Source of the DNA: Octopus vulgaris | Lineage: Eukaryota | Direction of reading: 5' to 3' | Assembly (NCBI GenBank): GCA_951406725.2 | Contig: OX597825.1 | Location: forward strand, 48,794,001 to 48,858,000 | Length of the DNA: 64,000 bases | In this document: positions 26,216 to 39,052 of the stretch, one piece after another | How the letters are laid out: every line of letters begins with the position of its first letter | How positions within the stretch are numbered: the first letter of the stretch is position 1 | Program-made: the position numbers and the translations under genes | Notes under the pieces: generated by a model | Told to the model about the DNA's origin: nothing | Databases searched by the model: none | The model's input: the letters and a program-made list of their open reading frames with translations, nothing else

Positions 26216-26790
26216 TAAGGCGGCGAGCTGGCAGAGACGTTAGCACGCCGGGCGAAATGCTTTGCAGTATTTCGTCTGCCGTTACGTTCTGAGTTCAAAT
26301 TCTGCCAAGGTCGACTTTGCCTTTCATCCTTTCGGGGTCAATTAAATAAATACCAGTTGCGCACTGGGGTCGATGTAATCGACTTAATCCGTGTGTCTGT
26401 CCTTGTTTGTCTTCTCTGTGTTTAGCCCATTGTGGGTAGTATAGAAATAGGTATTTCCTCTGCCACTACGTTCTATGTTCAAATTCCGCCGAGGTCGACT
26501 TTGCCTTTCATCCTTTCGGGGTCGATTAAATAAGTACCAGTTACGCACTGGGGTCGATATAATCAACTTAATCCGTTTGTCCTCTCTGTGTTTAGCCCCT
26601 TGTGGGTAGTAAAGAAATAGGTATTTCGTCTGTCTTTACCTTCTGAGTTCAAATTCCGCCGAGGTCGACTTGCCTTTCACACTTTCGGGGTCGATAAATT
26701 AAGTACCAGTTGCGTAATGAGGTCGATCTAATCGACTGGTACCCTCCCCCAAAATTTAGGGCCGCGTGCCTTGAGCAGAAAAGAATATAC
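26216..26790 (+). mobile_element. SINE family A, one head plus three tandem body units
   Basis: A-box-like GGCGGCGAGCTGGCAGAGACGTTAG. Units begin GTATTTC at about 26267, 26452 and 26621. Confidence 0.92.
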
Positions 26791-27671
26791 GAAATCATTA
26801 ACCTAATCAGATTTTTATCAATCGTTCTGATGTTCGTAATGTTATTATTTACTGAGGGCCATTGTTTTTGCACTTGTTAGTAATGTCACGATAGTCGAAG
26901 TCATACAAGCATGTTCTTTAATTACAAGAATTTAGCAACCATAAATTATGGCTGAGAGATGACAGCTATTAATGTTTTTAATTGCATTTGTTCAGCTAAT
27001 GAGTTGACAGAAGTGAATCATGGATAATATTGATCATAGATTTGTGAGCAAAAAAAAAAAAATACAAAACATAAAAATCAAAACATTCTATAATATACAC
27101 GCTTTCACATATTCACATACACATATATAAACGCATATACTTACATAGGCATATATATGAGGAAATACGCATATAAGAAAAGCAACAGCCTTAGAAATAA
27201 TATCAGAATCAAAATAACTAATTTTACAGGTTTTGCAAATTTACAGGATGAAAAAAAGAGAAATACAAGTTAACAGTATTTTTTCTGTTCAAACGATATA
27301 GAATCTCACCAGTAAATAATTTTGTAAAAATTTTTTCTCTCTATAAGTAGAACATCAATCATTTATCACGAATTTCTTGTTGCTTTCCTTCAATAATTTT
27401 TTTTTTTTAATATTTAACGTGTATATGATTTCTTTTTTCTTTATTAGGACTGGATCAATGATATCATCTTCTACACTACATACTACATCACTAAAATAGT
27501 AGTAACTGACAAAATTGTAGATTTGCCGGTTTATTTATGGGCTTAGATTACCGTGAGATATATGTATATATATGTGTGTGTTTGTGTGTGTGTGTGTATA
27601 CACATATATATGTGTGTATATGTGTATATATATTATGCATGCATGTATACATACATACATACATGCATACA

Positions 27672-27707
<36 letters not shown>

Positions 27708-27960
27708 CACATACATATATAATATAGGTTTGGTGATGCAAACAGGAAAATTACAACTCAAACATGAGGCTATATATATATATATGTATATATATAGTGA
27801 TGTAAATATGTCATTTGAATATGGCTAACCTCTAAGGGTGGATGCTACTGTAGTTTTTAGCCCCAGGAAGACATCCCCTCCAGCTGGCTATAGACACACT
27901 TTCTGTTGCCTATCAGTATTTGCAAAGGGAAGCCATCCTTCCCGTCTTCAACATATGATA

Positions 27961-28005
27961 CACACGGACCCGAGCTTCAAGTTATTGACCTATCATCAGC
28001 GTGTG
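27961..28005 (-). ncRNA. Type I hammerhead ribozyme motif (A15.1 to G)
   Basis: CACACG CUGAUGA U AGGU CAAUA ACUU GAAG CUCGGG UC CGUGUG. Perfect 6 bp stem I, 4 bp stem II, near-palindromic stem III. Confidence 0.75.
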
Positions 28006-28659
28006 ACAATCACAGTTGTCGATAGGAAGGAGGTTCTCTTTACAAATACATATACTTTTTCCAGTGTTCAGTGACACTGATATTGGAAAAGTGATTTACC
28101 CCACCTAACTGTGATGTAGACCATCATTGCATGCAAATATAGCTGCATTGTTAAGAAATTTGCTTCCCAATTACTTGAAGTACAGGTTAAACTTTGTTTT
28201 ACTATTGTCTCAGATCGACCTGTTCGTGGTCAATGAAATGGGTGGAAGATATGCTGACGCCTGATGGATGTGCTTTTCATGTTGATGGGTGGCAGACTCA
28301 ATCTTATATCCAAATTAATAACATCATGTGATCATACTGTGAATGGAATAAAACTTCAATGTCAAAAAAGAAACAAAATATGACTAACTCAAGCCTAATA
28401 TTATCCTTTGATAAACAAAACTAGGAAAAAGAACGAATTTGGATCTTGGCTTTATATCTTTAGAGGGCCCAGAAGTTTATGATTAAATTAATCGAAACAC
28501 GTCTCTGAAGATATATCGGTGTTATTTTCCCATAAGCATTTCCTTCCTTCCTTTCTTCCTTCCTTCCTTCTTTCCTTCCTTCCTTCTTATATATAGACAC
28601 TCGCATCTAACAATTTAATAAACATGATATACTTATGTATTTATATCTATATGTGCGTT

Positions 28660-28752
<93 letters not shown>

Positions 28753-28998
28753 GTATGTATATATAAATGTAAAATCCAAGATTCAATATGCTGCAAGAAA
28801 GTGAGATTCAATCCGTTGAAAATATAAAAAAAACTTTCAGGAACTGTTGTGGTTTATTGGTGCAGAATGTTGTGAATTTTTCCCGTATCAAAATACGATA
28901 AGCAGTAAAAAATCATTTTATATTTCAAGGTTGGCTGTCAAGGTTATCGGGTGGGCGAATAAAAATCCAAGAGTTAAGGAATGGAGCAAATAAAATCC

Positions 28999-29084
28999 GG
29001 ACTAAATATATTTCATAGCTAGCAGAACCACGGAACTGGTAAATATCCAAGCCATATATACACCGCAGGCTACTCTTCAGACCA
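28999..29084 (-). ncRNA. Hammerhead-like motif with long stem II and weak stem I
   Basis: CUGAAGA GUAGC...GCUAU GAAA UAUA UU. Core and stem II base are intact. Stem I does not pair well. Confidence 0.5.
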
Positions 29085-29710
29085 AGGGTATCTTGATTAA
29101 ATGAAGTTTACACTGTCATCACGCGGCCCGTGTTAACACACAGAAGATTCGATCAAAATGCGTAGAAAGCACAGTTTGAGTGGAGATTATAATTATGAAG
29201 AGAAATTAGGAATATAAAACAATAAAAAAGAACAAAACATGTATAAGGGAGTAAGAGAGTTTACAAGTAATGAATTTAGGCCGAGTCAGAGAGAAAGAGA
29301 AATAGGAAATGGTATTTCAATAGGATAGTGTTGAGGGAAGGAGGTGGGGTGGGAGAAAAGTATTTGTGGTCGATGAGAAGAAAATGTATGCTTAAAGAGG
29401 TGGCATAGTAGTAAAATTGAAAGTGTAAGGGAGAGGAGGAGAATAGTAGTAATGACTGAAATCCAAGAATTAAGGAATGTATACTGTTGAGCGCGCGTTT
29501 ATGCCACTGTATGATCTAGCAGAGATGTATATATGCGTATATAATTGTAAGTTTTCAAAGGGGGTGAGGATGGTGTGGAGGAAAGCGAATTAAGAGAATT
29601 TTTAGAGTATAAAGAGTAAGAAAAGATAAAAACAGGTGGATAGAAAATAAGAAATAAGGACTTAAAGAGAATATCTTATCAGTCCCCTTATTATTATTAT
29701 TATTATTATT

Positions 29711-30255
29711 GAGTGAGAGAGCAGTGCATGCCATCAAAGTGACACTGGGGTAAAATATACAAAGCTCAGTATACCCATAATGACTGATAAGGGTACACTA
29801 GGCACACGCATCACAACCATATGTGTGTGACATGGTAATCTTATATCAAGATAAACAGCACATGATCTTGCAGGTGAGACCCAGTTAGAATGTTCTTCTG
29901 GTCGAGGATCCCGTCCCGCTCAAAAGGTCCCTGAACGAGCATTGTTTAAGGATGCTGAACGAATCACTCATGTTTCCAGAGACGAATTATTCAAACCCCA
30001 AAGAATTCCTCTTAACACATGGCTATGATGATCCCCCACTACTTCTGCTCGTGATCAGAGATGCATATATTGTCAGCCACTAAGGATCATGCTCAACTGG
30101 TTAAGGTCAAACAACTAACAAGCCAATCTTTGGTATTGAGCAGAATACTTACTGTAGCCCATCTTTTATACCAAGACTAATTGTGATGACACTTCCAATT
30201 AGTTAAGATGAGCAGTCATGAGAGGCACTGCCCGGTCCTGCATCAGGACATTTGT
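29711..30255. mobile_element. Unclassified about 540 bp insertion flanked by (ATT)n/(CAT)n
   Basis: Higher-GC block bounded by trinucleotide microsatellites on both sides. No ORF. Confidence 0.45.
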
Positions 30256-30257
30256 TA

Positions 30258-30410
<153 letters not shown>

Positions 30411-31407
30411 AATAAAGAAAACTAATATCTATATTGACCACATGATTATAATTTTTCTGTGGTATCAGGTTGTCGATTTGGTATTTGTATCTGAAAATGA
30501 AATTCGATAGAAAAGTCGTTAAGTTTAAACACTGTTAGAGGAGAGATAATGTACTAAATGTCAGTCACAAAATAGTTTCTAAATCCTTGGAATTCACTTT
30601 GTGACTGGAGAAAACTTAGTGGCAATTTATAGCACTTGTCTAAAAATAAGGGGGGGGGGGGACAATTTCAAAATTTAAATTTAAGAATTAATCTCTTGAA
30701 GTTAGGAATTAATCAAAAAGGAAAAATGTCAGGAGTATTTTTGTAGGCAAGGGTGACAGTTATGGCCCTATTTCGGTATATTAGGCCTTTTATTGAAAAA
30801 AAGGATTCATGAGTTGAAAGTTCGAATAACGAGTAGATTTGTTTTCAGCACATTGAAAACTTACATAACATTTAAGGGATTTTTATCTGTTTGGTTCTCA
30901 GCGGCACCAAAAAATTAAAGTTTACCGAAAATTTTCAAATTCGACACATTAATACACTTGCCCAAACTGAATTGCTGGAGTTATCTCATTTTTTTCCAGA
31001 AAAATGTCTTTAAAAAAGTTATAGAAGTTTAAAGTTTGATCATTTTCATCTAGTCAGGAAACAATATTCAGGAGCTGACATTTTGTGTGAGACTGCGCAT
31101 TTTGATTTCAATATCCTGATAAAAGCAAGTGTTATCAATATTTATTTGTAAACACACGTGTTATGTCTCCGGTAATTTTCTTTCGCGCAAATAAATCTTA
31201 TTTAGCTATTATTTTTAGCACAAAAGTTCTTCAGTAATTTTCTTTCATGTAAATAAATGTTTATATTAATTTAAAAGAGAAAAACAATTAGTTTTAAATC
31301 CCTGAGCGAGATGTTGGCTAATAAACTTTAATTTAATAGATTCATCCCACCACCGAAATTTTAATTAGCTGTTGTTTTCAGCACACAACCACCTCAATGC
31401 TCGATGA

Positions 31408-31547
31408 CAAAGCTTGCTTACCAGCCACATGGTTCCGCGTTCAGCCCCACTGCGTAGAACATTGGGCAAGTGTTTTCTACTATAGCCTCGGGCCAACTAA
31501 AGCCTTGTGAGTGGATTTGGTAGACGGAAACTGAAATATGCCCGTCG

Positions 31548-31622
<75 letters not shown>

Positions 31623-31820
31623 GTTTGTGCCTGTTTGTCTCTCACCATCGCTTGACAGCCGATGTTGGTGTGTTTATGTCTCCGTAATTCAGCGGTTCGG
31701 CAATAAGACACCGATAGAATAAGTACTAGGATTACAAAGAATAAGTTCTGGGCTCGATTTCTTTACCTAAAGACGATGCCCTAGCATGGCCACAGTAAAA
31801 GGAATGAAACAAATAAAATA
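31408..31820 (+). mobile_element. SINE family B with internal (ATCT)n
   Basis: Same 5' and 3' halves as 55343-55815. Confidence 0.88.
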
Positions 31821-32559
31821 TTAAAACGATTTAAATATGTTTAATTACAATTTAAATATGTATACATAAAAACCTGTTCGGTCTCGTGACACGTTCCTAC
31901 GAAAACCCACTGCTCAGGTTGATTGCTGTCAACCATCCTCGTTTGATTGCTATCAACACGTGCTTCCCCGCAGACATTTCAAAGACTGTTACTATGGCAA
32001 CAACCAAAAGAGTTCTCATGTTTCCGCTTACAACTATCGAAACAGACATGAATGTGTCTGTGGCTTACTATTGGCTAAAATTACCAAAATTGTGAAACTT
32101 TAATTACTAATAACTCTTTAGCTATTAATTTATAGCGAAATTTACTTGTATGCCATTAATTAGCCTATAAAAGTGTATCATTACACTGAATATGAAATTA
32201 ATTCGAACAGAGAATTGACGCTGGCAGCCACTGACTCCCAAACAGAAAGGATGATATTTACTGCCTCTATTGCATTCAGAACCACCCACCAGCTCACGTG
32301 GTGGGAGAAGTTCAAATGCCAGATTTGAAGGTGTTTAGGAGTTGAAAAATATCTCATACCCGTAGATTACCATCTTCTGTCTATGGTGTGACTTCCATAA
32401 AAAACTATACGTCATGGTGTTATTAGTCTCCCTTCTTTTCTCTATCCTCTTTTTTCTCAGATTCACTCTTCCTAGATACATTATGTCTAAAAAAAGGGCA
32501 AGATGTTAATAGTTTAATGCTTTTCATTAGCCGATTTAGGACCACACCTAAGCTGCAAC

Positions 32560-32820
32560 AACAGCAAAAAAGAGTGACATCATTCTTCTGTAATCTCATA
32601 AGCTTTTTAAATCCAATAATGGAATCTACTGGAGCCACAACTTGCTGCTTACTGTAAGAGGGGACAGAGTTTGATGTCTGATTAGGTACTTTGTTTTGTG
32701 ATGTAATTCATGTGGAATTAAAAGATCCTGCCTGTAGACGACTCCATTTGAGAATTGCTATAGACGGGAAATCACCGATGCTTATGGGAAGAGAAAATGA
32801 AAATGGGTTATGGACATGCT
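32560..32820 (+). pseudogene. Possible Ty3/Gypsy protease-region relic
   Basis: Frameshifted ..LAAY..LGTLFCDV..RRLHLRIAIDGKSPMLMGRE resembles the P.LLGRDW end of retropepsins. No catalytic DTG seen. Confidence 0.35.
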
Positions 32821-34079
32821 TCTTCCAAAAGGATTACGAAATTTTTTGAAAAACAACTAGGAAACGAAACAGAGAATGCAATTTTACTTACTATGAAGTT
32901 TCGTTACACTACATGAGAACGTTCGATCCTTAGAAGTCGTAAGCAGAGTCTAGTATTTACACCAGTCTTTCGGTTCAAATCTTTGTCTACATTTTTGGTA
33001 CATCAAACTCACCGGTTTAGGATTGCTTGACTAATCCTGCCTAACTACAACAATACATATTGAACAATAAATTTCATGGGCAACTCAGAAGCACACACAC
33101 ACACATACGTACACACATATTAGCACACACACATACTTCAACTAAAATTTCCTTATTTGCTCGTTTACTTTATATCACAGTAAGTAACCATTAGCTTTGT
33201 TGGTTGTATGTTTCTTATTTCTTTATTACTCACAAGGGGCTAAACATAGAGGGGACGTTGGTTGTATGTTTCTAACAGACCAATCGCTACTTTACTGTTT
33301 CCTTGCTGCCGTAATCGACAAGGGAGCACGTGTAACTCAAGAGAGAACAAATATATACAGAGCAATTTGTTATAAAGGTATCTTCCGTCTACATATTTAC
33401 TTGACCCAGTGGAAATAGTATTCGAATTTACCATCAAATCACATACCACCTCATTAAAAACTAAGTGCACATATAGAAATGAGGAGCACAGTAAATCATC
33501 TGTGAAAACAGACACGATGGTTATGACTGGACTGATAGGAATCATAGATCTAATTCATACAGTCTGACTTGAGACTAAACAACAGCAACATTCGATGTTC
33601 GAGTAATTGTTTCCCTTGTGTATGAAATGTAACAAAGAAAAACTGAAAAAATATAGGAAAAAGAGCAAAAGTGCCATAAACATTCTTATCATTAGAGTTA
33701 TGTTAAGCAGAAGAGCGTGTTTACGTGGTAAAATGGACTCTAGCATATTTGTCTCCGGTAAAGAAGTATTTTTTATCTTGCAAGTTAGTTTCAATATTAA
33801 AATAAACAAGGTAGACGAATAGATTAGATAGGTAATCAATCAAAAGAAAGAAATCGAAGAAAGAAATTTATACTTTAAGAGATAGCTTTAAAGCAGATGT
33901 ACATGACAATATCATATCGTTGTTTCTGCCGAATCAGTCGGCAGATTTTCTTTGTTCAAATAAACTTGATAGACAAACATATTAGGTAGATAATCCATCA
34001 TTGTACAGGAAATCAAAGTAAGAAACTTATAAAATGTAGCGATACCGCAAAATTTAAGATTTAAGAGGAAAACACACAC

Positions 34080-34131
<52 letters not shown>

Positions 34132-34219
34132 CACACACACACACAAGTACACAAACACACGCACACTCACAAAAGCATACAAACACACGCGCACACACAC
34201 ATACACATGTATATATACA

Positions 34220-34269
<50 letters not shown>

Positions 34270-34729
34270 CGTATATACATATATTCATACGCACAGACGC
34301 GCACACGTAAATACGTGACCGATCACACAGTAGGCTGTAACTAGAGATAGTTTTAAAAAGATGAAGAAAGTAGACGAGACTTCATGCAGGAGAATAACTT
34401 ACGTGACGTAAAACACCTCAGAAATAAAGAATGGTGGTTGCATTTGGGATTTACCTTTGTGTGTGGGTTTATAGCCACACCAGAAGTTGTACTGTCGACA
34501 AAAATAGAGTAACTACTTTCCGGTGCACATCCATGTCCTCGCAAAATTAATGAATGGCACAATAATGGAAAGATGTACACACACACACGCGCGCACACAT
34601 ATATCATATATTTTAAAATTCAGGATAAAATCTATATATGATTTTATCGGGTAGATAGCATGTAATAAACCGGTCAAGATGATATTAATAAATTTATAAA
34701 TTAATATACATACATAAATACATCCACAT

Positions 34730-34791
<62 letters not shown>

Positions 34792-34881
34792 ATATTTCCA
34801 TTTGTTAATTTCCTTTCGTATTTCATGCTGTTTACTGCTGGTGACGTCCTGTACCCATATATGTATGTATATATATATATA

Positions 34882-36072
34882 TACTACCAGAGACACCCGG
34901 CATTGCCCGTGTTACATACAATTGAAGAATTAGACTTTTCTGTTATATTTTCTGTAATGAACTGGAATATCTATATTTCGAATTTCATCAAAATTGCGTG
35001 CCACATGTATCCCATACTATTGATTTTTATGCGCATATTCCAAAATTCGAGTCTTATTGAACCTGTTAAAAAGATTTTGCTCATAAAAAATCAAGGTCAT
35101 GGTGCTCTAAAATTTGAGACTTAAGGCCCATGTTGGGGGTGGGCATCTTCATGTCAAGCAGAGAAGTTGAATTGTTGATAATCTTTTTAACTTGGGTCTT
35201 ATATCTATTGTTTGAATTTCTTTGAAATAGGAAATATATGTTCACTGGGTTTTTAAAAGAGAGCAAAGTTACGGAAAACGAAAAGACGAATGATCACAAT
35301 AAGCAGTCAGCTATCCTATCTTAGTCGTTATCACTCCCAATGTAGGATTCCTCACCATCCAGGTGAAAGGCACAGCCATAAGATGCATTACGAATCTATA
35401 GCAATAGGAAGGGCGAGACCCAACTGAAATAAACATTAACAACTGCGTGACGTGAGAGCTAAGGAGAAATGAAAGTGTCACCTCTGGAGTTTGCAAATGA
35501 CCACTATACTGATACGTAACTGGACAGAATAAATTTACTATCTATAAATGTCTTTGAATAAGCAATCACTCATCTGGGAAGGCCTTGAAATCAATGTTAC
35601 CATCTGGCGACTATGTGTGACCCAGTGATAAAAAGACTGAAAGGAGGTCTGCAATGAATTAACCTTACTCAACACTTTGCAACTGAATCAATGGAGGCAA
35701 AGATGCCTCTCATTTACTTGACAATTTATGCACCACATTGCAGAAATCACAATGTAAGTGTATGTCAAAGGAAACTGGATGTCCACTGTTCATGGTTCAT
35801 CCCTCTTATATAATAGTTTGACTTTAATAGTTTCAGTATAAAAGTGAAAGTATCTGACATTACGATAGCGACATGTTTTTGTTTCAATTTTAACACGTAA
35901 TACTGAAATAGTGGAGAATATATGATATTGCTGTGGGCTCGCCCTAGGCAGAAAGTTAAAGTTTTCCCCCATGACACTCCATGGACCCTAAGTAAGGCAT
36001 GTGGAAAATTTGAATGAAATTGGTTGGGTAGTTCTCAAGTTTTAGGGAAACACACAGACAGACAGACAGACA

Positions 36073-36115
<43 letters not shown>
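34882..36115 (-). mobile_element. Non-autonomous Helitron
   Basis: 3' end CACGGGCAATGCCGGGTGTCTCTGGTAG|T on the minus strand. 5' region has (TG)n(TCTG)n followed by CCAATTTCATTCAAATTTT. The interior at 35350-35650 is weakly reminiscent of a Pif1 helicase C-terminus. Confidence 0.55.
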
Positions 36116-36116
<1 letters not shown>

Positions 36117-36148
36117 ATCAAAATAAGCAACAAGGATATCCAGAAATA

Positions 36149-36238
36149 ATGCAGTACGATCGTTTCATGCGACTTTATTTAATTGAACAACGTAAATATT
36201 ACATCAATTTTAAGACGTAGAGCAATCTTCAGCTGCAT
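36149..36238 (-). ncRNA. Type I hammerhead ribozyme with extended stem II
   Basis: AUGCAG CUGAAGA UUGC...(AAUUGA/UCAAUU, UGUAA/UUACG)...GCAU GAAA CGAUCG UA CUGCAU. 6 bp stem I, palindromic stem III, intact core. The 10.1-11.1 pair is U-U. Confidence 0.85.
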
Positions 36239-36384
36239 AAAAACATAGAATTTAGTTAAATTCAAAGGATTAATTTGTATAGTTTTCTTATTATCCAAAA
36301 TCACAAAGAGGATAAATAGACAAAGAACATGTTCTTTGTCTATCCTCTTTGTGATAGGTGTGAAAATATGGGGATGGGTATCTG

Positions 36385-37765
36385 GGTGGTGTATTGTGAT
36401 GTGTAATATTGTATGGTGTAGTGTGATGTGGCGTGATGTTGTTGGCGTGATGTTGTTGGGAGGTGGGGGAGGCGAGAGTGGGGAAGCACGGGCGGGATGT
36501 GGGGATGGGAAGGATAGGGAAGGTGGAGTAGGGATGTGTAGGTGTGGGTGGGCAGATGGGGGAGGGGACGGTGGGTAAGGAGAGAGGAGGAGAGAAAAGA
36601 GAAAGAGAGGGTGAAAGAGTAAGAGAGAAGAGAGAAAGAGAATGAGAGAAAAAGAGGGAAGAGAGAAAGAGAGTAAGAGGGAATAGGGAAAGAGGGAAGA
36701 GAAAGAGAGAAAGAGAGTAGGAGAGAAAGAGAAAGAGTGAAAGAGAGTAAGAGAGAAGAGGGAAGAGAGTAGGGGTGAAGAGAAGTAGCAGTGAAGAGAA
36801 GTAAGAGTGAAGAGAAATAGGAGACGGGGCAAGAGAGGAGAGTTGGGAGGGAAGAAGGAGGAGGGAGACGGGAGAGGGATTTATCTTCTCTCTTCGCTTT
36901 TTTACGCCATTTGGGCTCAACTCTCCTCCCCTCTTCATCTAACCTCCTCCCCGACTCCTACTTCTCTTCACTCCTACATCTTTTCACCCCTACTCTCTTT
37001 CCCTCTTCCCTCTTACTCTCTTTCTCTCTTCTCTCTTTCTCTCTTCCCTCTTACTCTCTTTCCTCTCTTATTCTCTTTCTCTCTTCTCTCCTACTCTTTC
37101 GCACTCTCTTTCTCTCTTCTCTCTTCTCTCTTACTCTCTTTCTCTCTTCTCTCCTCACTTACCCACCGTCCCCTCCCCTATAAGCCCACCCACCCCATAC
37201 ACATCCCTACTCCACCTTCCCTATGCTTCCCACCCCCATCCTACCCCTATCCTACCCCCATCCTACCCCTATCCTACCCCATCCTACCCCACCTTTATCC
37301 CAACCCTCTGCCTACCCACAAGTCCCAACCCTCAGCCGAACCCTCAGCCGAACCCTCATCCCACCTGTACTTCCCCACCCTCGCCTCCCCCACCTCCCAA
37401 CAACATCACACCACACCACACTACACCATACAACATTACACATCACATCACAACACACATGCACATACATACTCTCTTATACACAGACGTACCTTCGTGT
37501 TGGGGGTCATCTTTACTTTGTTATCTCCCCTACTTTTTTAAGTGTTTGACCATTCTGTCCAGCACTAGTCGCCATGATAGATCGTAGGCACTACACACAT
37601 TTTTACTCTCCTTGTTTCTCTCGTTTTTTTTTTCTGTGTCCCTTTCTGTAGAAGAGCGTAGGCTCGAAACGTAACAGACTTTTTCTATTTCTAAGCATTA
37701 TACTAATACATCTGTTTGTTTTGTACATCACCTGTCTTTTGTTTTATTCGTAAACTCTCCCTATA
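36385..37765. mobile_element. Foldback PLE 3' region (arms about 36385-36830 and about 36948-37458) with terminal mini-HHR
   Basis: The GA-rich left arm is the reverse complement of the CT-rich right arm. 36880-36950 matches the end of the GIY-YIG ORF of the PLE at 53560-53630. Confidence 0.8.
37642..37677 (+). ncRNA. Minimal type I hammerhead motif, CUGUAGA core
   Basis: CUUU CUGUAGA A GAGC GUAG GCUC GAAA CG UA ACAG. One mismatch in stem I. Confidence 0.68.
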
Positions 37766-38352
37766 TATATTATTTATATTATTATTTGATTGAACGCCAC
37801 GCATCCATTTCCAAGGAAGTTTATCTTTTTGATGCGACTCTAGTTTATACTGTTTTCTCTCATCCTTTCTCTAATTCCTAATTTTTTCCACTCATTCACC
37901 GTTTTCTATCTGTCTCTGTCTCCCTCCTTCTCCGTTTCTCTCTCGTTGCTCACACTTGACCATCGGCCATCTTTCTATTCCTCACGTTATCATCTTTCCT
38001 TTCTTTCAGGACTCTCCTAAGGACTGGCCGTATCCTATCTCTCTCTTCTAACTATTCTCTTGTCAAAGGAAGTATTTCCCTAGCGTTCGGTATTTTACTC
38101 TCGTTCTGCTCTAACAACTCCCCATGTTTGTTTTCGTTCGGTTTCCTTTTATGTCTCATCTGTCCTGTTTTTGTTCCTAACTTTGACCCTCTATAAATCC
38201 CAAATTATATTTTGCTACTTATGGGAGCAACAGTCTTCGAAGACTCATATTTTCTTTCAATGCTCGAAATGAGGAATAGATAGACAGCTGACAACTGATG
38301 AAGGGTTGTTCTTTATGTTATTGTCCTATATATGGGTACAGGACATCACCAG

Positions 38353-38392
<40 letters not shown>

Positions 38393-38393
38393 G

Positions 38394-38487
<94 letters not shown>

Positions 38488-38684
38488 ATATGGGTACAGG
38501 ACATCACCAGCAGTAAACAGCTTGAAATACAACAGCAATTGTGTTCAACACGCAAACAACGAGAGAAACAAATATATATATATATATACACACACACATA
38601 TATATATACGCGTTTGTATGTATGTATGTACGCGTGTGTGTGTGTGTATGTACGCGTGTGTGTGTGTGTCTTTCTATGTATGTT

Positions 38685-38930
38685 GTAATGGGTAAAGACC
38701 ACTTCGGTCATGAATGACCATGAGATTGCACCTAGAAAGTTCCCCTTCGTAGCACAAGTCCGGGCAAAGTTGTTTATGGAAGACCAGCAGTCGCCTATGC
38801 AGACTAGCCTGCCCTCTCCACCGATGTTATCCAAGGGAAAAGCAAAGGCCGATACAGTTCGCCACCAGTGATGTCGCAACTCATTTCTACAGTTGAGTGA
38901 ACTGGAGCAACATAAAATAATTTATAATCG
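38685..38930 (-). mobile_element. SINE-like element (family C), 3' part
   Basis: GC-richer block. The minus strand has GTTGCTCCAGTTCACTCAACTGTAGAAATGAGT (CORE-like) and ends in an ACAAC tail. Confidence 0.5.
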
Positions 38931-38980
38931 TGAAGATCACTACCACATGATTGTGAGCCCGATGCTCTAAATACTGAGCC

Positions 38981-39052
<72 letters not shown>

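Noticed and set aside
26216-26790. CRISPR-like or tRNA-array appearance of the tandem units
   Set aside because: Units are about 170-185 bp SINE bodies with no unique spacers, in a eukaryotic context with no cas genes.
33410-33504. Minus-strand CAGAUGA + long hairpin + GAAU
   Set aside because: Stem II is plausible but both core boxes are altered and stem I is absent. Too decayed to call.
36179-37549. 200+ aa ORFs on both strands
   Set aside because: They arise from the CT/GA-rich PLE UTR arms.
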